Shown: in pieces, positions 10,558-24,100 of the stretch
Position numbering within the stretch: position 1 is the first letter of the stretch
Layout of the letters: each line of letters opens with the position of its first letter
Assembly (NCBI GenBank): GCA_964036045.1
Contig: OZ038378.1
Span: 187,674,001-187,738,000 of the forward strand
Direction of reading: 5' to 3'
Length of the DNA: 64,000 nucleotides
DNA from: Eutreptiella sp. 'Long Island Sound 2002'
Taxonomy: Eukaryota > Protista > Euglenida
Program-made: the position numbers and the translations under genes
The notes under the pieces: generated by a model
What the model was told of the DNA's origin: nothing
What the model saw: the letters and a program-made list of their open reading frames with translations, nothing else
The model's database searches: none

Positions 10558-12837
10558 AGGACACCCATGCTCTGGCCGTGTGCGGTAGGGCCAGGACGGT
10601 TTGTCACAGCCCCCCCCCACCCCGGCGGTTACTGGCTGACAACCTACCGCCTACGACCCCGGCCCGTCATCTCCACGCGCCAATCTGCTGGATTTCTGTC
10701 CAGTCCTTTGCACAGGTCTGCTGTCGTACTGAACCGCGACATGTTTTCGTCGACCCAGAAAGGCTCCGCTGCTGTTGGGCTGGTGGGCAACACTGGCACT
10801 GAGCGACACCCAAGGCGCTGCCTCCCCTGCCTTGGGCTGGGAGACCATCGGCTGGATGTCGACGCTCTGTGTGACACGCCCGGGAGAAGTAGCAGCGGAG
10901 CGGGCAGCAGCAGGCAGCCACGCGTTGGAGGAGCTGTCGCGCGGGGGGACTGAAAAGGGTCTGCGGTGCGTCAACACCCCGTGCAAGTCAAGTGCTGCAC
11001 TGGGCCTCTCGGACCGGCGAGAGGCAGTGGAGTTGCTCCCTCTTCCTGGCGGTTTGCCCGCCAGCCATTCTTGTCCCGACTGAGTCCGCGAGTGCAAACA
11101 CAAGGAAAGTCTGCCGCAGTCTTTGACTGTGGCAGTGGACGGCTTAAGTTCGAATGGAATTCCGTTTGAGTGCCCTGTAAATAGCAGTACCGCTGTCCTG
11201 AAGGCATGCCTGAAGCATTGGAAGTTCGAGTGTGCGTGGCTGCGGTCCGCTTGCTGTCGCCTGGCTGCTGGGCCCCGTCATGCACCCAAAAGCCGGGGGG
11301 GCTCAATTTTGTGCCGGGTTGCCTTTGGATAGTGACTACCTCAAAACATGCAAGTGTGCGTGTGTGTGTCCTCTGTAGCGGCCAGAAGATGGTGCAGACC
11401 ATCAAAATTTCCCGTTGGAAAACTGTGACCACAGGAGCTGATTGTCAGGGCTCCGGACAGAGCCACCAGACAGGCCTTGCAGTAGTCTCGTAGCTCCAGA
11501 GGTCACATACGTGGTTGGCTGAATAACTTTGAAGCCACATTGGGCAATGAACATTGGGGAGTCTGACAGAGCCGATAAGATGGCACACTGCCAGCCTGCC
11601 TGCAAGGGAGGGCGCCTGTGCCAAGTTCGTGCCCCGTACGGGCCCGGGTGGAGGGCGTTGGGAGGATCTCCCAAAGCCCAGCGACCATGAAAGTCCGGGA
11701 TCAAGATGGGCGGAGTGCACCACGCCCTGCAGCACTGCATACACATGGCTTCACGCGTAAGCATGGCTTCACAGCCCCACCTTTCAGACACCTTGGGATG
11801 AGGTAGTACTCCCGCGCGTGCATACCGGATCAGATACTGCCCGCCTGCGCCCCTGCTCCTGCATGTGATACGGTGCCCTGGCAGTAGCAAAATCAAGACA
11901 ACCTCACAGTTCCTCATCCGGGCACTTGTTTGACCGGGAGGTGTGAGATCGTCCAAATGCCCAGAGTCATGATTCTCAGGTTCAAGACGTACCGGGGGCT
12001 ATCAAGTGCCCAAAGAATGTAACGCGGAGACATATAAAGCCTCAGGTTCGGAATGACACAGGAATCAGGATTTAGAGCTACGGGTGCCTGCCCAACCTGG
12101 GACTCCAGTCGGCGTACAGTAGGCGGTGTGTCACGCCGGATGCGATGCCTCAGATGAAAGCTGAAAAAAGGACGTGGTCTGAGTCTAACGCTGGTCGATG
12201 TGACTGGCCAGGTAGTCCACCACACGGGGGCTGGGGGGGGGGGGGGGGCATCCCCGTACATCAGCGCACGTTTGCGGTGCAGTTATCACATAGTACCAGC
12301 ATGATGGCGGCACTGGTGCGTATCACTGCTGGCCTATGATATTGGTCTGGGGCAATAGTGTGTCAGCACGTCACACGTGCTTGTGCATCCCCACCCTTTA
12401 CCACCACTCCTTGTTTCTTGATGAAACAACAGCCTCACCAGGGGGGGAGGGGGGGGAGTGTGACCCCTCGGTTTCCATACGGGACTCGCCCCCCCCCCCC
12501 CCCTTTTGCCGCCCAGTTCGTTACAAAGGGTGGCCGGGTTTGGCGCATAGTAATTGTGGCGCCGGGTAATTTTTTTCACATTTCGTCTTTCCACCACTCC
12601 CCATCCAGCTCTAGGACCCCCCTTGGCAGGAAGGATCCCTCGTCGTGCCGTCGTTCGCTCTGCGTCGCTTCATTCTGTGCCCCATTCGTGCAAGGCCTTC
12701 TTTCTTTTACGCCAAAATCCTTTCGTGGAATCAACACTTTCTGAAAAGCAGAGGCACCAATCCGTTGCCTTCACCCGTCGTCATGACAAAGAATTCGCGT
12801 CAGGAAGTAGGCCCGAGGAAGAAAGGACTCCATCCGC

Positions 12838-12850
12838 CCCTTTTTGTCAG
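12838..12850 (+). promoter_or_regulatory. Putative SL trans-splice acceptor of the M50 gene
   Basis: CCCTTTTTGTCAG 16 nt before ATG 12867. Confidence 0.5.
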
Positions 12851-12866
12851 GGACGATTGTTTGGGG

Positions 12867-13247
12867 ATGAAGGTCTTTCAGACCTTGCCGTCGCTCAGGT
12901 CCCTGCCGCTTCGGGGTGCCCACGCGGCGGTGCACATGCGGGCGCGAGTGGCGCGTGTTGCTGGGCTTGAAGTGCCACACTGCCTGCGTCCGTCCCATGC
13001 CGCGTCCAGCTGCTTTGCCACGTACCGCTCGCCGGACCCCAGACCGTTGCCCTGGTCCACCTCGCGTCGCTGCGGCATGATCCAGCCGCCGCGCGTGCGC
13101 TTCGTGCGCGGGCGGCCGCAGAAAACTGGGCTCCTGCACGCGATGCCGGAAGACCGCTGGCACATGCTCGAACAGCGCCTCGGGAAATGGGGGACGTTGG
13201 GTGCAGGGCTCCTGCTGATGCTCTCCAAGTGGAAGACTGTATTTGCG
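12867..13247 (+). CDS. M50 protease exon 1
   Basis: MKVFQTLPSLR...GLLLMLSKWKTVFA, followed by donor GTGTGT at 13248. Confidence 0.7.
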
Positions 13248-16129
13248 GTGTGTTCCTTCTTTCGCTCTCTGCCACCCTCCCTCCCTCCCAGCCCACTGTT
13301 CATTCCAGTCATATCACTGTGTCTTCCTCTTCTTTGATAACGCCGGCACCTGATGTGATGGACTAGAAGGTGGTGGGATCAGGTCTGGTGACTTCCATTG
13401 ACCTCTCCAAGGACGGTGGAAAAAGTTTTGTCGGCGCGGGGGGGGGGGGGGCTAGGAGCCCCCCAATTTCTTGGAGGGTGGGGGTTGCAGAAAGGGGCTC
13501 CTTCGGCCGGGCCTTTGTACGCCCCCGGGGGTAAAACTCCTTTGTTTGCCTGCAGCATGTCACACAAGGGCTTGAGATGCTGGGAAATGGATTTGGTATT
13601 GATCGCTGTCACTCAAATTTTTGTCCACCACGGAAACCACCACGGAAAGGGGGCTCCTTGCCCCCCACCCTCCCACCCCCCCGGCATTTACTTCTTCCCC
13701 ACCCCAATTGGGCTCCTCTCTATCTATTGCTCCCAAGCGTCACCCCCAAGCGCCACCCATAGTTCCCCCAAGCCTTGCAGGAGTCTCACCCACGCCCCGC
13801 GTCAGCCTCATGCAAGTCTCATGCAGCTCATCTTGGTCTGGACCAAAAAACAAACAATACCTCGCACAAGTTTCTCACAAGTTTCTCCAACGGCTCACCC
13901 AGGCCTCACCAACCTCTCCAACAATCGGTCCCACCCCCTCCGACCCTTCAAAGGGTTTCTCGCCCTCTTCCAGCCTCCACAATCCACACCCATCGTCTTC
14001 CATCCTGCCCAAGCCACTTCCAACCTCTGCAGCCCTCTCCGACTCTCCTACCCTCATCCACCTCCTTTCCCTACCTCGAAAGCATCTTCCCAGCCGGGAC
14101 AGCCATACTATTCTACCCCTCTCTCACTTGGACACCCAACCGCCCGATCACTGCACCATCTATGGCGGGGGGGGGGGGGGGGGGCTTACGTTTCAGGCCG
14201 GACCACCCCCCCCCCCCGTCCTGGACCACCAATTTGTGGCAATTAGGAACAGCCAATTTGGGCGCCAACAGTGCCTGGAAAATTTTTTGGCCCTTTGGTG
14301 AAAGGGTTGGAACATTGGTTCCACCTCATATGTTTGTGCCCAAAATGCTCCATTTTGAATGGAGAAGTCAAATCTTTCATTCAACTTCGCCTGGGGTTAG
14401 TAGCCAGATGGATTTCACCCCACTATGCGGACCCCGAGAAGGCAGGGATTATGCCGCCTTATGGATTTCTCCCCAAACATGTATCAAATTGCAGTTGCCT
14501 TGTGTCTTACACTGTTGCTTGCTGGGGTGCCTTTGCTGGTTCCGTTGTGCATCTGCCGGAGTACCCTACTATTCTTCATTTCTGATGAGTGGTCAGAGCA
14601 ATTTTACCCCTTGCACACATTACAAATGCTCAGAATGAAACAGGGAATTCAAAAGTGCCCCCAGAACCCGAAAATTTTTTGAAACCCCCACCCCCCCCCT
14701 CTGGACCCCCATGCATGACATTCAGTACTGGTGCTGCCGTGCAGCAGAACAGTGGTGAGCTGTGACCGTTTGCCTGTGACACAGGGGCGCTCCGTAGCTA
14801 AGTATCCGTTGCTTTATGGCCTCCGGAACCCACCAGCCACGCCGCGGGGGTTGGGGTCCGGAACTGAACTGAACCGCCCCCCGCGACTCCATCCGCCTTG
14901 ACGCAGCACGCCCCTCTATCACCCTGATTCACCCTTTCCATCCTGTTTCTGCCGCCACCTCCCCTTCTCAACAATTACACCAAATCCTCCACCGCGTTCC
15001 CCGCGATATCCCGCCCCGTCAGAGAGTGGAAAGATTTCCCATTTTCCGTTGGTGAGTGCGGTGACTTGATTGTTGCAAAGGGAACTGTGGGGATGGTTTG
15101 GACCTACGGAAACGGAATGGGGGAAATGGAACTGTGGAAAATGGATCCTATTCTCCCATTTTGCCCACATGTTGCTACCATTTTGCTCCTACTCTAGAAG
15201 TTGTTCCTACACGTTTCATCCTGACATGTTGATGATTCCCCATTTCCCCCCATTTCCCCCCCTTTCCCCCATTTCTCCAAACTCCCAGATCCAGGTTTGG
15301 TGAGTTGGTGACTTCGGTGGCGGTCAGTGCGGATCCAGTTGGGACATGGCAGTTTGACTGGTACTTGATTGTCCTTACTTGTCCAGAGCTGAGAACCCTT
15401 CCCTGCAGAGCTGAGGAGCCTCCCCATGCAGGATCACGAGGGGCCACCCCCATCCATCCCCGGAGGCTGAGGGGCAGCCGCACAACAGATTGTGTTTTTT
15501 GTCCCTCTGTCCCCAGAGGCACAATGCTCTCCGACCCTCTCCCCATCGCTTCCCCCCTCTGCCACCCCATCCAATCTCACCGTCCTGAAGGTTGCACAGA
15601 TGGCCAAATTTGCGCCGGCAGCGCAGGCCGGGGTCTCGGTGATCGCGTACGCGGCCCTCCTCGGCTGGCAAGGCGCCGTCGGGTTCGTCCTGCTGATCTT
15701 CTGCCACGAATCCGGGCATTACTTGGCGATGAAGGCGTACGGCCTCAATCCAGGACCCATCACTTTCGTCCCCTTCCTGGGCGCCGCAGTCCAGATGCGA
15801 CGCCATCCGTCCACTGCCTACATGGAGGCGGTGTGCGCTCTGGCAGGGCCTGTACTGGGTGGTCTAACGGCCGTGGCGGTGCTGGGCCATGGAATCACCA
15901 CGGGCTCCGAGTTGACTCTGTCCCTCGCTCACATGGGAATCCTCATCAACCTCTTCAACATGATCCCGGTTCTCCCTCCCCGTTCCTCTACCTCTGTCTG
16001 TTTGACTCTCATCCTCGTCCTCTCTCCCCGCCACCCTTCTCCCTCTTGGCATGCTTTGCTCCGCCCTCCCTGCTCCTCTCTCCGTGCGACACGCTTTCTC
16101 TTTCACGCTCTCTCTCTCTCTCGCTCTCG

Positions 16130-16209
<80 letters not shown>

Positions 16210-17721
16210 CTCTCTCCGCTCTCTTTTTCCCTTCGGTCCCCCTTCGCCTCTCGGCGTTCTCTCCTCCCCCTCCTTCTGTCTGCCCCTTCTCTGCCGCGCA
16301 TAGCGCCCGTCTCGGCGGGAGGGGCTGCCATGATGGCAGGCGTATGGCAGCCTATGGCAGTGGCGTGGCGGTGCAAAGCAGATGTTCTCGCTGCTTTCTG
16401 GCGATATGTTGGCTGATGGCAGTGATTATCATGTGACGGTCCACGAAGGCGGGAGACCTAAGGTGATGCGAGGTAGGGACGGACGGAGAACGCTGTGGGC
16501 ATGGACGGACGCAGGGAAGCAGATTGGGTGGGTGGGCAGGTGGGTGGAAGGGGTGACCCATGTGGGTTTGGGTCTTCTGCACGCCCCGCCCCCCCCCCCC
16601 AATGCCCCCCTGTTTGGGGACAGCAGGAGGGTCCGCCTGCTCCCCAGCACCCTTTCTCAGGGCTCCATGTTGTCCAAAACCGAGGACACCCAAGAGCAGT
16701 GGACTATTTTTGGCAGAAGCCAGGAAACTTCAGCAGCATTGAGATATTTGGAACGCCCAGATCATTTTTCTCACAAACTGGATCAACGGGGTGGCGCTGG
16801 AGCACCAAAGGAGACCTCAAAATCACTAAGTGATATTGAGATTGTGGGTCAGATTGGGGGTGGAGGTGGGAAGTATCCCCATTTTCCCCTGCCTCCCTCC
16901 CCCTCAATCAGATGCCGAGGCCTTGTGCCAACCCCCACCCCCCATAAACTTTGTGTTTTTTGTTCAAATTCAAGTCCAAATTTGTCACTGCCTAGTAACC
17001 TAGTAAGGAAAATTTTTTAAAATTTTTGCTCTTTTTACCTAGTAAAAAAAAATTTTTAAAAAAAATTTGAAAAAAATTTTTTTACTAGGTTTTGCTACAT
17101 TTTACTAGGTTTTGCTACGTGCATACTAGGTTTCACCAAATGCCCACCCCCCTCTCCCCGTTTATCCCTGATTTTTCCGTTTCCCCATTCCGGTGTTCCC
17201 CAATCCCCCCCTTTTTCGGCCACCAGTATTACTTTGGCAAGGCCCCACTGGAGCCCTGCTCTCCGCAGGTTGGGATGTTGGACGGCGCCAAGATCATTGC
17301 CGCCATCGACGTGCGTCTCATTTGGGTCGGTATAGCGGTGTTCTGGGTCGTGGCGTACTTCTGGAACAATGCAATCGTGTGGGTGATCTTCGTGCTGGCG
17401 GTGATGGCCAGCGGCAACGTCATCCGCCAGTGCGAGGACAACCCCAAGTACTACGGCAAAGTCACCCCCTTTCAGCGGGTGGCGATCGGTGCGGCGTATT
17501 TCGTGTGCTTGGCCGTGCTGGTGGTGGCCTACGAGATCAGCAGCGAATTGAAACCGTCGTCGGAGGAGCCCGGCGCAGCAGGGGGCAGTGGTATGAGAGG
17601 CCGCCTGTGGGCCTGGTACGAGAACAAGGGCCAAGAGGCGGCCAGTGCGCCGGCGAAGGCGAAGGCACGGGACATGCAGACGCAAGACAATGACTCAACG
17701 ATTAAGTTCTCCCGGTTCTGA
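12867..17721 (+). CDS. Site-2 protease (peptidase M50) family membrane metalloprotease; join(12867..13247,15591..15968,17269..17721), 403 aa
   Basis: HExxH (CHESGHY) and ALAGP in exon 2. The NxxPxxxxDG motif (NLFNMIP|VGMLDG) is completed only by splicing exon 2 to exon 3. Both introns are GT-AG, phase 0. The Arg-rich N-terminus may be a mitochondrial targeting peptide (inference). Confidence 0.85.
15591..15968 (+). CDS. M50 protease exon 2
   Basis: Acceptor CTGAAG; VAQMAK...CHESGH...NLFNMIP; donor GTTCTC at 15969. Confidence 0.9.
16108..16215. repeat. (CT)n microsatellite in M50 intron 2
   Basis: Directly visible, slightly interrupted CT run. Confidence 0.95.
16990..17132. mobile_element. 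AT-rich MITE-like palindrome in M50 intron 2
   Basis: Three CCTAGTAA copies (16991, 16999, 17038) face three TACTAGG copies (17083, 17103, 17124); perfect 14-bp inverted repeat ACCTAGT-A7 at 17037 and 17090. Confidence 0.55.
17269..17721 (+). CDS. M50 protease exon 3
   Basis: Acceptor CTCTCCGCAG; VGMLDGAKII...TM segments...KFSRF, stop TGA. Confidence 0.85.
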   Translation, partial: VGMLDGAKIIAAIDVRLIWVGIAVFWVVAYFWNNAIVWVIFVLAVMASGNVIRQCEDNPKYYGKVTPFQRVAIGAAYFVCLAVLVVAYEISSELKPSSEEPGAAGGSGMRGRLWAWYENKGQEAASAPAKAKARDMQTQDNDSTIKFSRF

Positions 17722-17886
17722 TCAGGTGCCGAACTGGCGGCAGTTGTGACGAAGTTTGCGGGGGTCATTAACCTCAACCCGAACCCAACGGAGGTCCAAA
17801 CACTGCTGTGAGAACTCACTTGTTCTGCACCGGGGCCGCGTGGTCTTTGGACTTGCGATGTGTACAAATTGCTACTGGGCAAGGGG

Positions 17887-18030
17887 CCTGTGTATTGGCC
17901 TTGTATTGGCCTTGTCACACCGCCTGTGTATTGGCCTTGTATTGGCCTTGTCACACCGCCTGTGTATTGGCCTTGTATTGGCCTTGTCACACCGCCTGTG
18001 TATTGGCCTTGTATTGGCCTTGTCACACCG
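17887..18030. repeat. Perfect 36-bp minisatellite, 4 copies
   Basis: Unit CCTGTGTATTGGCCTTGTATTGGCCTTGTCACACCG four times head to tail with no spacers, starting 166 nt after the M50 stop. Confidence 0.95.
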
Positions 18031-19705
18031 TGGGCACAAAGTCTTGGGTACAGTGAGCAAGTTTATGTCCCGCCTCGCCGCACCCCGGACAGGGGCTCTT
18101 GGGGCAGTGGGGCCGGGTGTGACCGACTCTCGAAACAGTCCAATCGTGCCCGCAGTGTGCTGTGTAAGAGTGTGGACGACTCTGATGGGCAGGGGGGCTT
18201 CAGGTGCCTCCCACCAACCGGTTGTGGCGGGCTCCATGTGGTCGTATGTCCTGCGATTGGGAATGGTTTTTTTGGGGGGGGGGGGGGTATTGGCTGAGAG
18301 ACCCAAGATTTCCCAGAATAATCTCTTGTGTACTTGGTTGAGCAGTTGAATTTTCAACTCCCGTGTCACGTCCCCGAGTAAGTAGGTCTCGATTTCGCGT
18401 GGCGTGAGTGCCGATGGTTTTTGGATCCCCGGAAGGGGGTGCCCCAGGTCGCTGCCTGCCTTCATTCACCTTTGAATTAACATATGTTGTCCGGCAGGCG
18501 TTGGTCGTCGCGTGTGTGCGGCGCGCTGGTGGGCCGACAATCCTTTGTCTTGGATGAGCGTGGGTTTGTCTCCACGTCCCCATCGTCCGCCAGGCCGCGC
18601 ATCCCAGGGAGCGGCCTTGGGAGCTTTCGTCCTGCCATGCTGTTTCTTGGATCAATCTGCATCTCCGTTTCCGCAGACAAGAACATCCTGACATTCCCCT
18701 GCTCCAGCCTGCATATTGCTGCAAGCGGGCTCCGTCTGAGCCCTTCAAATGGTCGAGCAGGTGGTGCCTCGATGACCGCTTTTGTGGGTTGGCCACAACA
18801 TTTCCCACCAAAGTCCAGGACCAGTGGGGGGGGGGGGGGGGGGGCTGTGTCCACCACCAGTCAGGTGCACACATGCGTACACAACCATGTTAATTCATGG
18901 TCCTGACTGGAGGCACTGAGGCCCTACGCAAAGCAATCAGTGCAGTATCTGCGGTCACCCGCAAGCAGTGGCAGCCACTGCAGGTCCGACAATGTGCCAC
19001 GGTGTCGAAGACACACAGGCAGGGGTGCACAGTCCGAGACATGATGCACAAGATCAGGGCCGAGCCACTAGACACAGGACCAGGTCTGCAGGTCTTGAGA
19101 CTGGTGAGGCTTGCCAGAGGACATCATACTTACCACAGCCCTTGGGGGTCGGGAGAGGGGACCGTCACCCATCCCCCCCTCAACCCCCCCCCCCCCCCCG
19201 GGTGTTAAGTGTGGGTGTCCGTGGGCAAGCTGAAGGCACCCAACCCCTGCTCAGCCTTGGAGATGACAGGCGGTTCGCTGCTTGATACTGCCGCGGATAT
19301 TGGTTGTGGCCCTGCAGCCTGGTGGTTGTTTGTCTCTCCAACATGGGGTTCCGGCCGTATAGTAATGCAGCTGGGGGGGGGGGGGCAGGGTAGGGGAGTG
19401 GCCTCATCCTATGTGCTTGCACCCGCAACAAAATACTGGATTGCCAATCTTGCTTCGTCCTTGTGATCAAACGTAGCAACCCATCTATCATCTGTTGTTG
19501 TCACGATCACAGACACATGTTTCTTGGCAGAGTCATTCAGCAGTGACATATAATGGTGCCATGTTTTTGGCCTCGTTGGGGTCACTGAAAGTTGTCATTC
19601 CGCACCCCGAGCATGTGTGCCTGCTCCCTGCCAGGCTGTATACATCTGTGATATACACTGCTGCCACGGACAGTCAGAAACGCAAAAACTGGATGTCATT
19701 ACGCA

Positions 19706-19815
19706 ACACAGCACAGCGCAGCGCAGCACCGCACGGCACGCCACGGCACGGCACAGCACAGCCAAGCACACCACAGCACACCACAGCACACCACAGCACA
19801 CCACAGCACACCACA
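19706..19815. repeat. Degenerate pentamer satellite (ACAGC/CACCA)
   Basis: Visible tandem pentamers; related tracts on the opposite strand at about 21845-21920, 37830-37990 and 58885-58930. Confidence 0.75.
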
Positions 19816-21110
19816 GACATCAAGAAATCGTCGAAAATCTATCCGGTTCTGACGCCACGAGACATTTTTGGCCCCTTTGGCCTCAAGTTGTACTGTTTGG
19901 CTTGGGCCCATGGGGTATCTTTCTCAGACCGCCTCCCCGCCTTTGCCTGTCCACTCAACCAAAGCCCCCCTCCGTCCCACGCAATACGCACATCGTTTGT
20001 GGTGGTGAGCACCATGAAGACTTGACTGTCATGGGAATGACTGAATGTGTGAAGCATTGCCGGCGCCGGTGTGGGAGGGGCCGCAAGGGCCAGAAGCAGC
20101 ACTTGTGAATAAAGTGACAGTGCCCCACTGTCACGGACCACAACAACGCTTCCTCACAGCCTGTGGGCAAACAATGTGGAGAAACACTCAAAACCCAACG
20201 CGCACACCCAGAGGTACCAACCGTCACATTTACTCAGCCTTTTTGGGAAACCCCCCGGACTTGACTGCGGTGCAGGAGACCCTTTACACGCTCAGCAGCC
20301 CTGCCAACCAGTTGGCGTTGCGGAGGGTGTGTGTTACAAGTGGGCCTGGCAGAATTCGTATTGCTTTTGGTGCATGTGACGCGAAGCGTGAGCCCCCTGC
20401 ACCGAGGGGTGCGACCATGCCATGTCCGACAATTCCTGCCCCACGGAAATGTCCCAGCAGTGAAATACCACTGGCCAATACGACATGCGAGTTAGCACAG
20501 GCATAGACAACGGCTTATGGACGGAAGAAGATGGTCGGGGATGTACAGTCTTGGACTGCAAGGGGCACCATTCCCTACCACAGCCGCCCCAGGGGTTTGC
20601 TGCAGGAGGGGTGAGGTCTGCAATGTTTGGAGGCCAAACACGCCCCGAGGCAATTTTGCGATCCCAAATCATTTCAGTTCCGCTGACAGCACATGTTTTG
20701 GAGGGGAGCGGGCCAGAAGGTTGGGCAAAGGGGGTCCTTGGGAACGCGAATCCTGCGGCGCCTGCGGCGCACAATTTGAATAATTATTGTGGAACAGGGA
20801 AAATGGTTCCCTTTGTGAAAATACTTTTGAATGGGGAGTGGTTATTGCAACATTTTTGTCCGTTTTGAGTATTGTGCTCCGCCATTGAGCGTGCTGACCG
20901 CGCGGTGGGATGTTAGCCCGGCGCGCACACAATATATGCTTATACTAAAAGTTGCTAAACCGTGGCCAATTTGCACTGTATGCAGTGGTTGGGTGATGCT
21001 ATTCGTGTGTATGGGTAAAACACGCTTTTGTGGGCATCATCGGGGGGGAAGTGGTGATGATGCATGCACAAAAGTTTTCCATTTCAATGTATTTTCTCCC
21101 CACAGATCAC

Positions 21111-21275
21111 ATGTCCATGAATTCCGAACTGTTGGCACCAGGCACTGGTGTCTTCTATCTTCGAGGCACTACTAACGAGCGTGTGCCTGCCACCATTGTG
21201 GGCTCATCGTCAAAGGTGCATTGTGTGGCAATCCAATATGAGCGGTCTGGCCATTCCCAGCCGACTGCCCACTAG
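21111..21275 (+). pseudogene. Small SH3/Tudor-like ORF family, copy 1 (probably frameshifted)
   Basis: MSMNSELLAPGTGVFYLRGTTNERVPATIVGSSSKVHCVAIQYERSGH aligns with ORFs at 34510 and 41929; acceptor TTTTCTCCCCACAG ends at 21105. Confidence 0.5.
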
Positions 21276-24100
21276 ACCGCTTGACCTTCCCCATCACACG
21301 TGCTAATTCTCCGGTCAACAACTTTTCTACACATTACATCTCTCTTTTATCAGTCATTAGAGCAGTGGCCCCATTTGTATCTCAAGCAAAACGGCCTCCT
21401 TGGCAGGGGGTATGGGCAGCCGCAACCATCAACACCGTAGGGATGAGGTCTTTGGAGTGGAGGGGACCGTTGTTGCATGCAAACCCCTCTCCTACCTACC
21501 TCCCGAAAGGGTGTACATTGCACCAAAGCGTTGCGTCCTTCCCACGCGCTCGGTGCGGTGCGCGGTGCGGTTCAGCACCCTCATTGTGCCCGTTTGACTT
21601 ACTTCCTTCACCCAAAATTGAGGAAACTTAATGCAGTGCTAATTACCCCACAGCTAATGGCCCTTACCCTGCCGCACCTACGGCGTGCACAAAGCATTTC
21701 CCTTAGGGAGGGGAATCCCCTCCTCCTTCCCACCACAACCACTATCTGTCACCCAGACCGGCACCTACAGCCCCAACCCTCGCCAACAGCTACTGGAACT
21801 GCCAGAAACCGCATGCTTTGTTGCTCACCCGTAGGTGATTCCAATGTGATGCAGTGCTGCGCTGTGCACTGCATTGTATTGTGCTGTGCTGAGGCAGATT
21901 GTGCTGTGGTGTGGTGTGGTGCACAGTGTCAGGCTGTGCCAGGATGCTCCGTATATTTATGTCCCAACCTTGGACTTTGTTGTCCTGCCTATTGGTTTGT
22001 GCGGTTATCGATCTATCTTGGGGATTTTGATCAAGAAAACTTGCAGTTGGTTTAAGAAAGGCATTCTGTAGGTCACAATTCATGACCAATTTAGCCACCT
22101 CTACATCTTTTGGTAGGAAACTTCCAAGTGATATCAATAGACAGTTTGTCCCCACAATGCAGTCATCTATCATTACACAACTTGGTTTGTGAGATAGCTT
22201 TTAACTTATTGGAACACATTTGTCTTTCAAAGAAATATCTCAACATTTCAATAACCATACTTTCACCTTAATTAGTCATCACCTAGTCAATGGACACCTT
22301 TCGGGCCATTCTCTTACCACATTTTCCATGTAGAGCATTGAATAAGGAAGTTGACTTTTCCCTTTGACTCCCTTTCACTCCACCATACCTTCATTTTGGA
22401 TCTCAAACTTCTCCATTCTCGCATACAGAGTCGTGAATTCTGAACGTCTTAAATTCAGAATGTATTGTACCTCAAAATGCCGTGTTTTGGATTTTTATGT
22501 ACTTGAGCCAATGGGTATGCGGAATTGCATGCAATCGAAATTTGTGTATGTTCTGTGCTCCACGTTCTATGATGCATCAGAGCCAGTGGGCAAACCTCAC
22601 AAGAGCCAATTTGTCGAAATCTGAAGAAGATGTAGGGCCAAATTTTTATAGATTGTTTATTGAACACTAAATCTATCAGTTTATACAATTGGCCCGCGGC
22701 GCGATGCTGTTTTTTGATTGGCCAAAAATAGATGGGGGTTTCGAAATTTAACACAGAACAATTATATCCACATAGGGGTCTCTTTGAAACTAGCCATTTG
22801 GGCACGGAAAAAGTTGTACCACTCCATTACAATGTGATGAGGAGGTGTTACACTTCAGTCTGCCAGTGTTCTTGCATCTGGGTCATATTCTAGTGCACCC
22901 TTGCAGTAGAGAGGTAGCTACCAACACTGTCCACTAATTGCTATTGCATGACATCGCCACCTCGGGCATGTCCCCTCTTAACACCTTGGAAAGCACATTC
23001 GTTTTGAATGTTGTCACCAGCCTTGGATGCGTGCCCCGCACTATGCTGTGCGTCACATCTAAAACTGTTGAACAACGAGATAAGGAGTGCCTAGCTTTTG
23101 TGATAGCACCAACTGGCGTATAGTCCATCATGAAATCCCATCGTGTCCACACCGACACAAAAGAGGTCTAGGCCTATGGGCCATGTGGTGGAGATATATC
23201 CATTGCAGGCCCTAGGTTAGTCTATCCTCGTTGGCCTCACTAGGAAGACACAAGGCCTGCATTTCGGCATTACAATGGGTGGGGGCATCTTTAGGGGCAC
23301 GCCTCACTACCCAGAGGCAACAGCAGCTATCCCTTGACCTCATATGGTCCAAAGATTGATGGAGTCCTTGAACTCAGAGGACCACAAGGAATAGGAGCGG
23401 GACCGGTGGCCTGGGAATGGCCCATAAGCAGGCATGCATGAAGTAGCTAGTACAAGTTACCTACGATCACATGCGCATGCTGAGACATGCCACAGATCAA
23501 GGAGCCAGTTTCATCCACCACCACGCTGGGCCAATCATCCACCTCACCTGCTTACATACATACTATGACATCAACACAACGCAAATGACCTTCTTTGCTA
23601 GGCAGATGATGGTAACCCCCGTGCTCATGTACTTGGGCATGGGGGTCTAGCCGAGCCTCAAGAAGAGACCTTACCGAAGAGGCCCAAGCTGAACTCCCAG
23701 AATATGGGATTGGCCACCAAATGGCAGTGTGGCTGTGTGTCTGTTAGGCTTCTCTGGGTTGATCTCCAGTGCCACAACACATGGGGCGTTCTCCATGTGT
23801 ATGTAGGTCAGAACAAAAAAAAAGAATTTAATTGACGCTGGTGTCGTCAAGGGGATTGAGCAGGCGCTTCAAGGAACAGTTTGTTATTCAATTTTGGGGG
23901 CTTCATTGTGTGTGCTAAATATCCAACACTTCCACCTTAGCAAGCCCCCCCCCCACATATTCTAAATGTATTGGCATTTGCTTTTTCACTAACCAACAAA
24001 ACAAACACATGCCCACCCTCATCTCCCATTCCATTCACTCTTTTTTTGATAATCTCTCCCACGCACTCACACAGAAATCATTCTCTTTACCAATACACTC

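Noticed and set aside
9229-10620. 463-aa minus-strand ORF
   Set aside because: Antisense shadow of the SCCPDH-like gene.
15492-16436. 314-aa ORF as a complete protease
   Set aside because: It runs into a CT microsatellite; the catalytic Asp motif is supplied by the exon at 17269.
17887-18030. 36-bp repeats as a CRISPR array
   Set aside because: The units are contiguous with no spacers, there are no cas genes, and the context is eukaryotic.
22934-23160. Possible reverse transcriptase remnant on the minus strand
   Set aside because: Only a vague GVKRG resemblance to GVRQG; no YADD-type motif.
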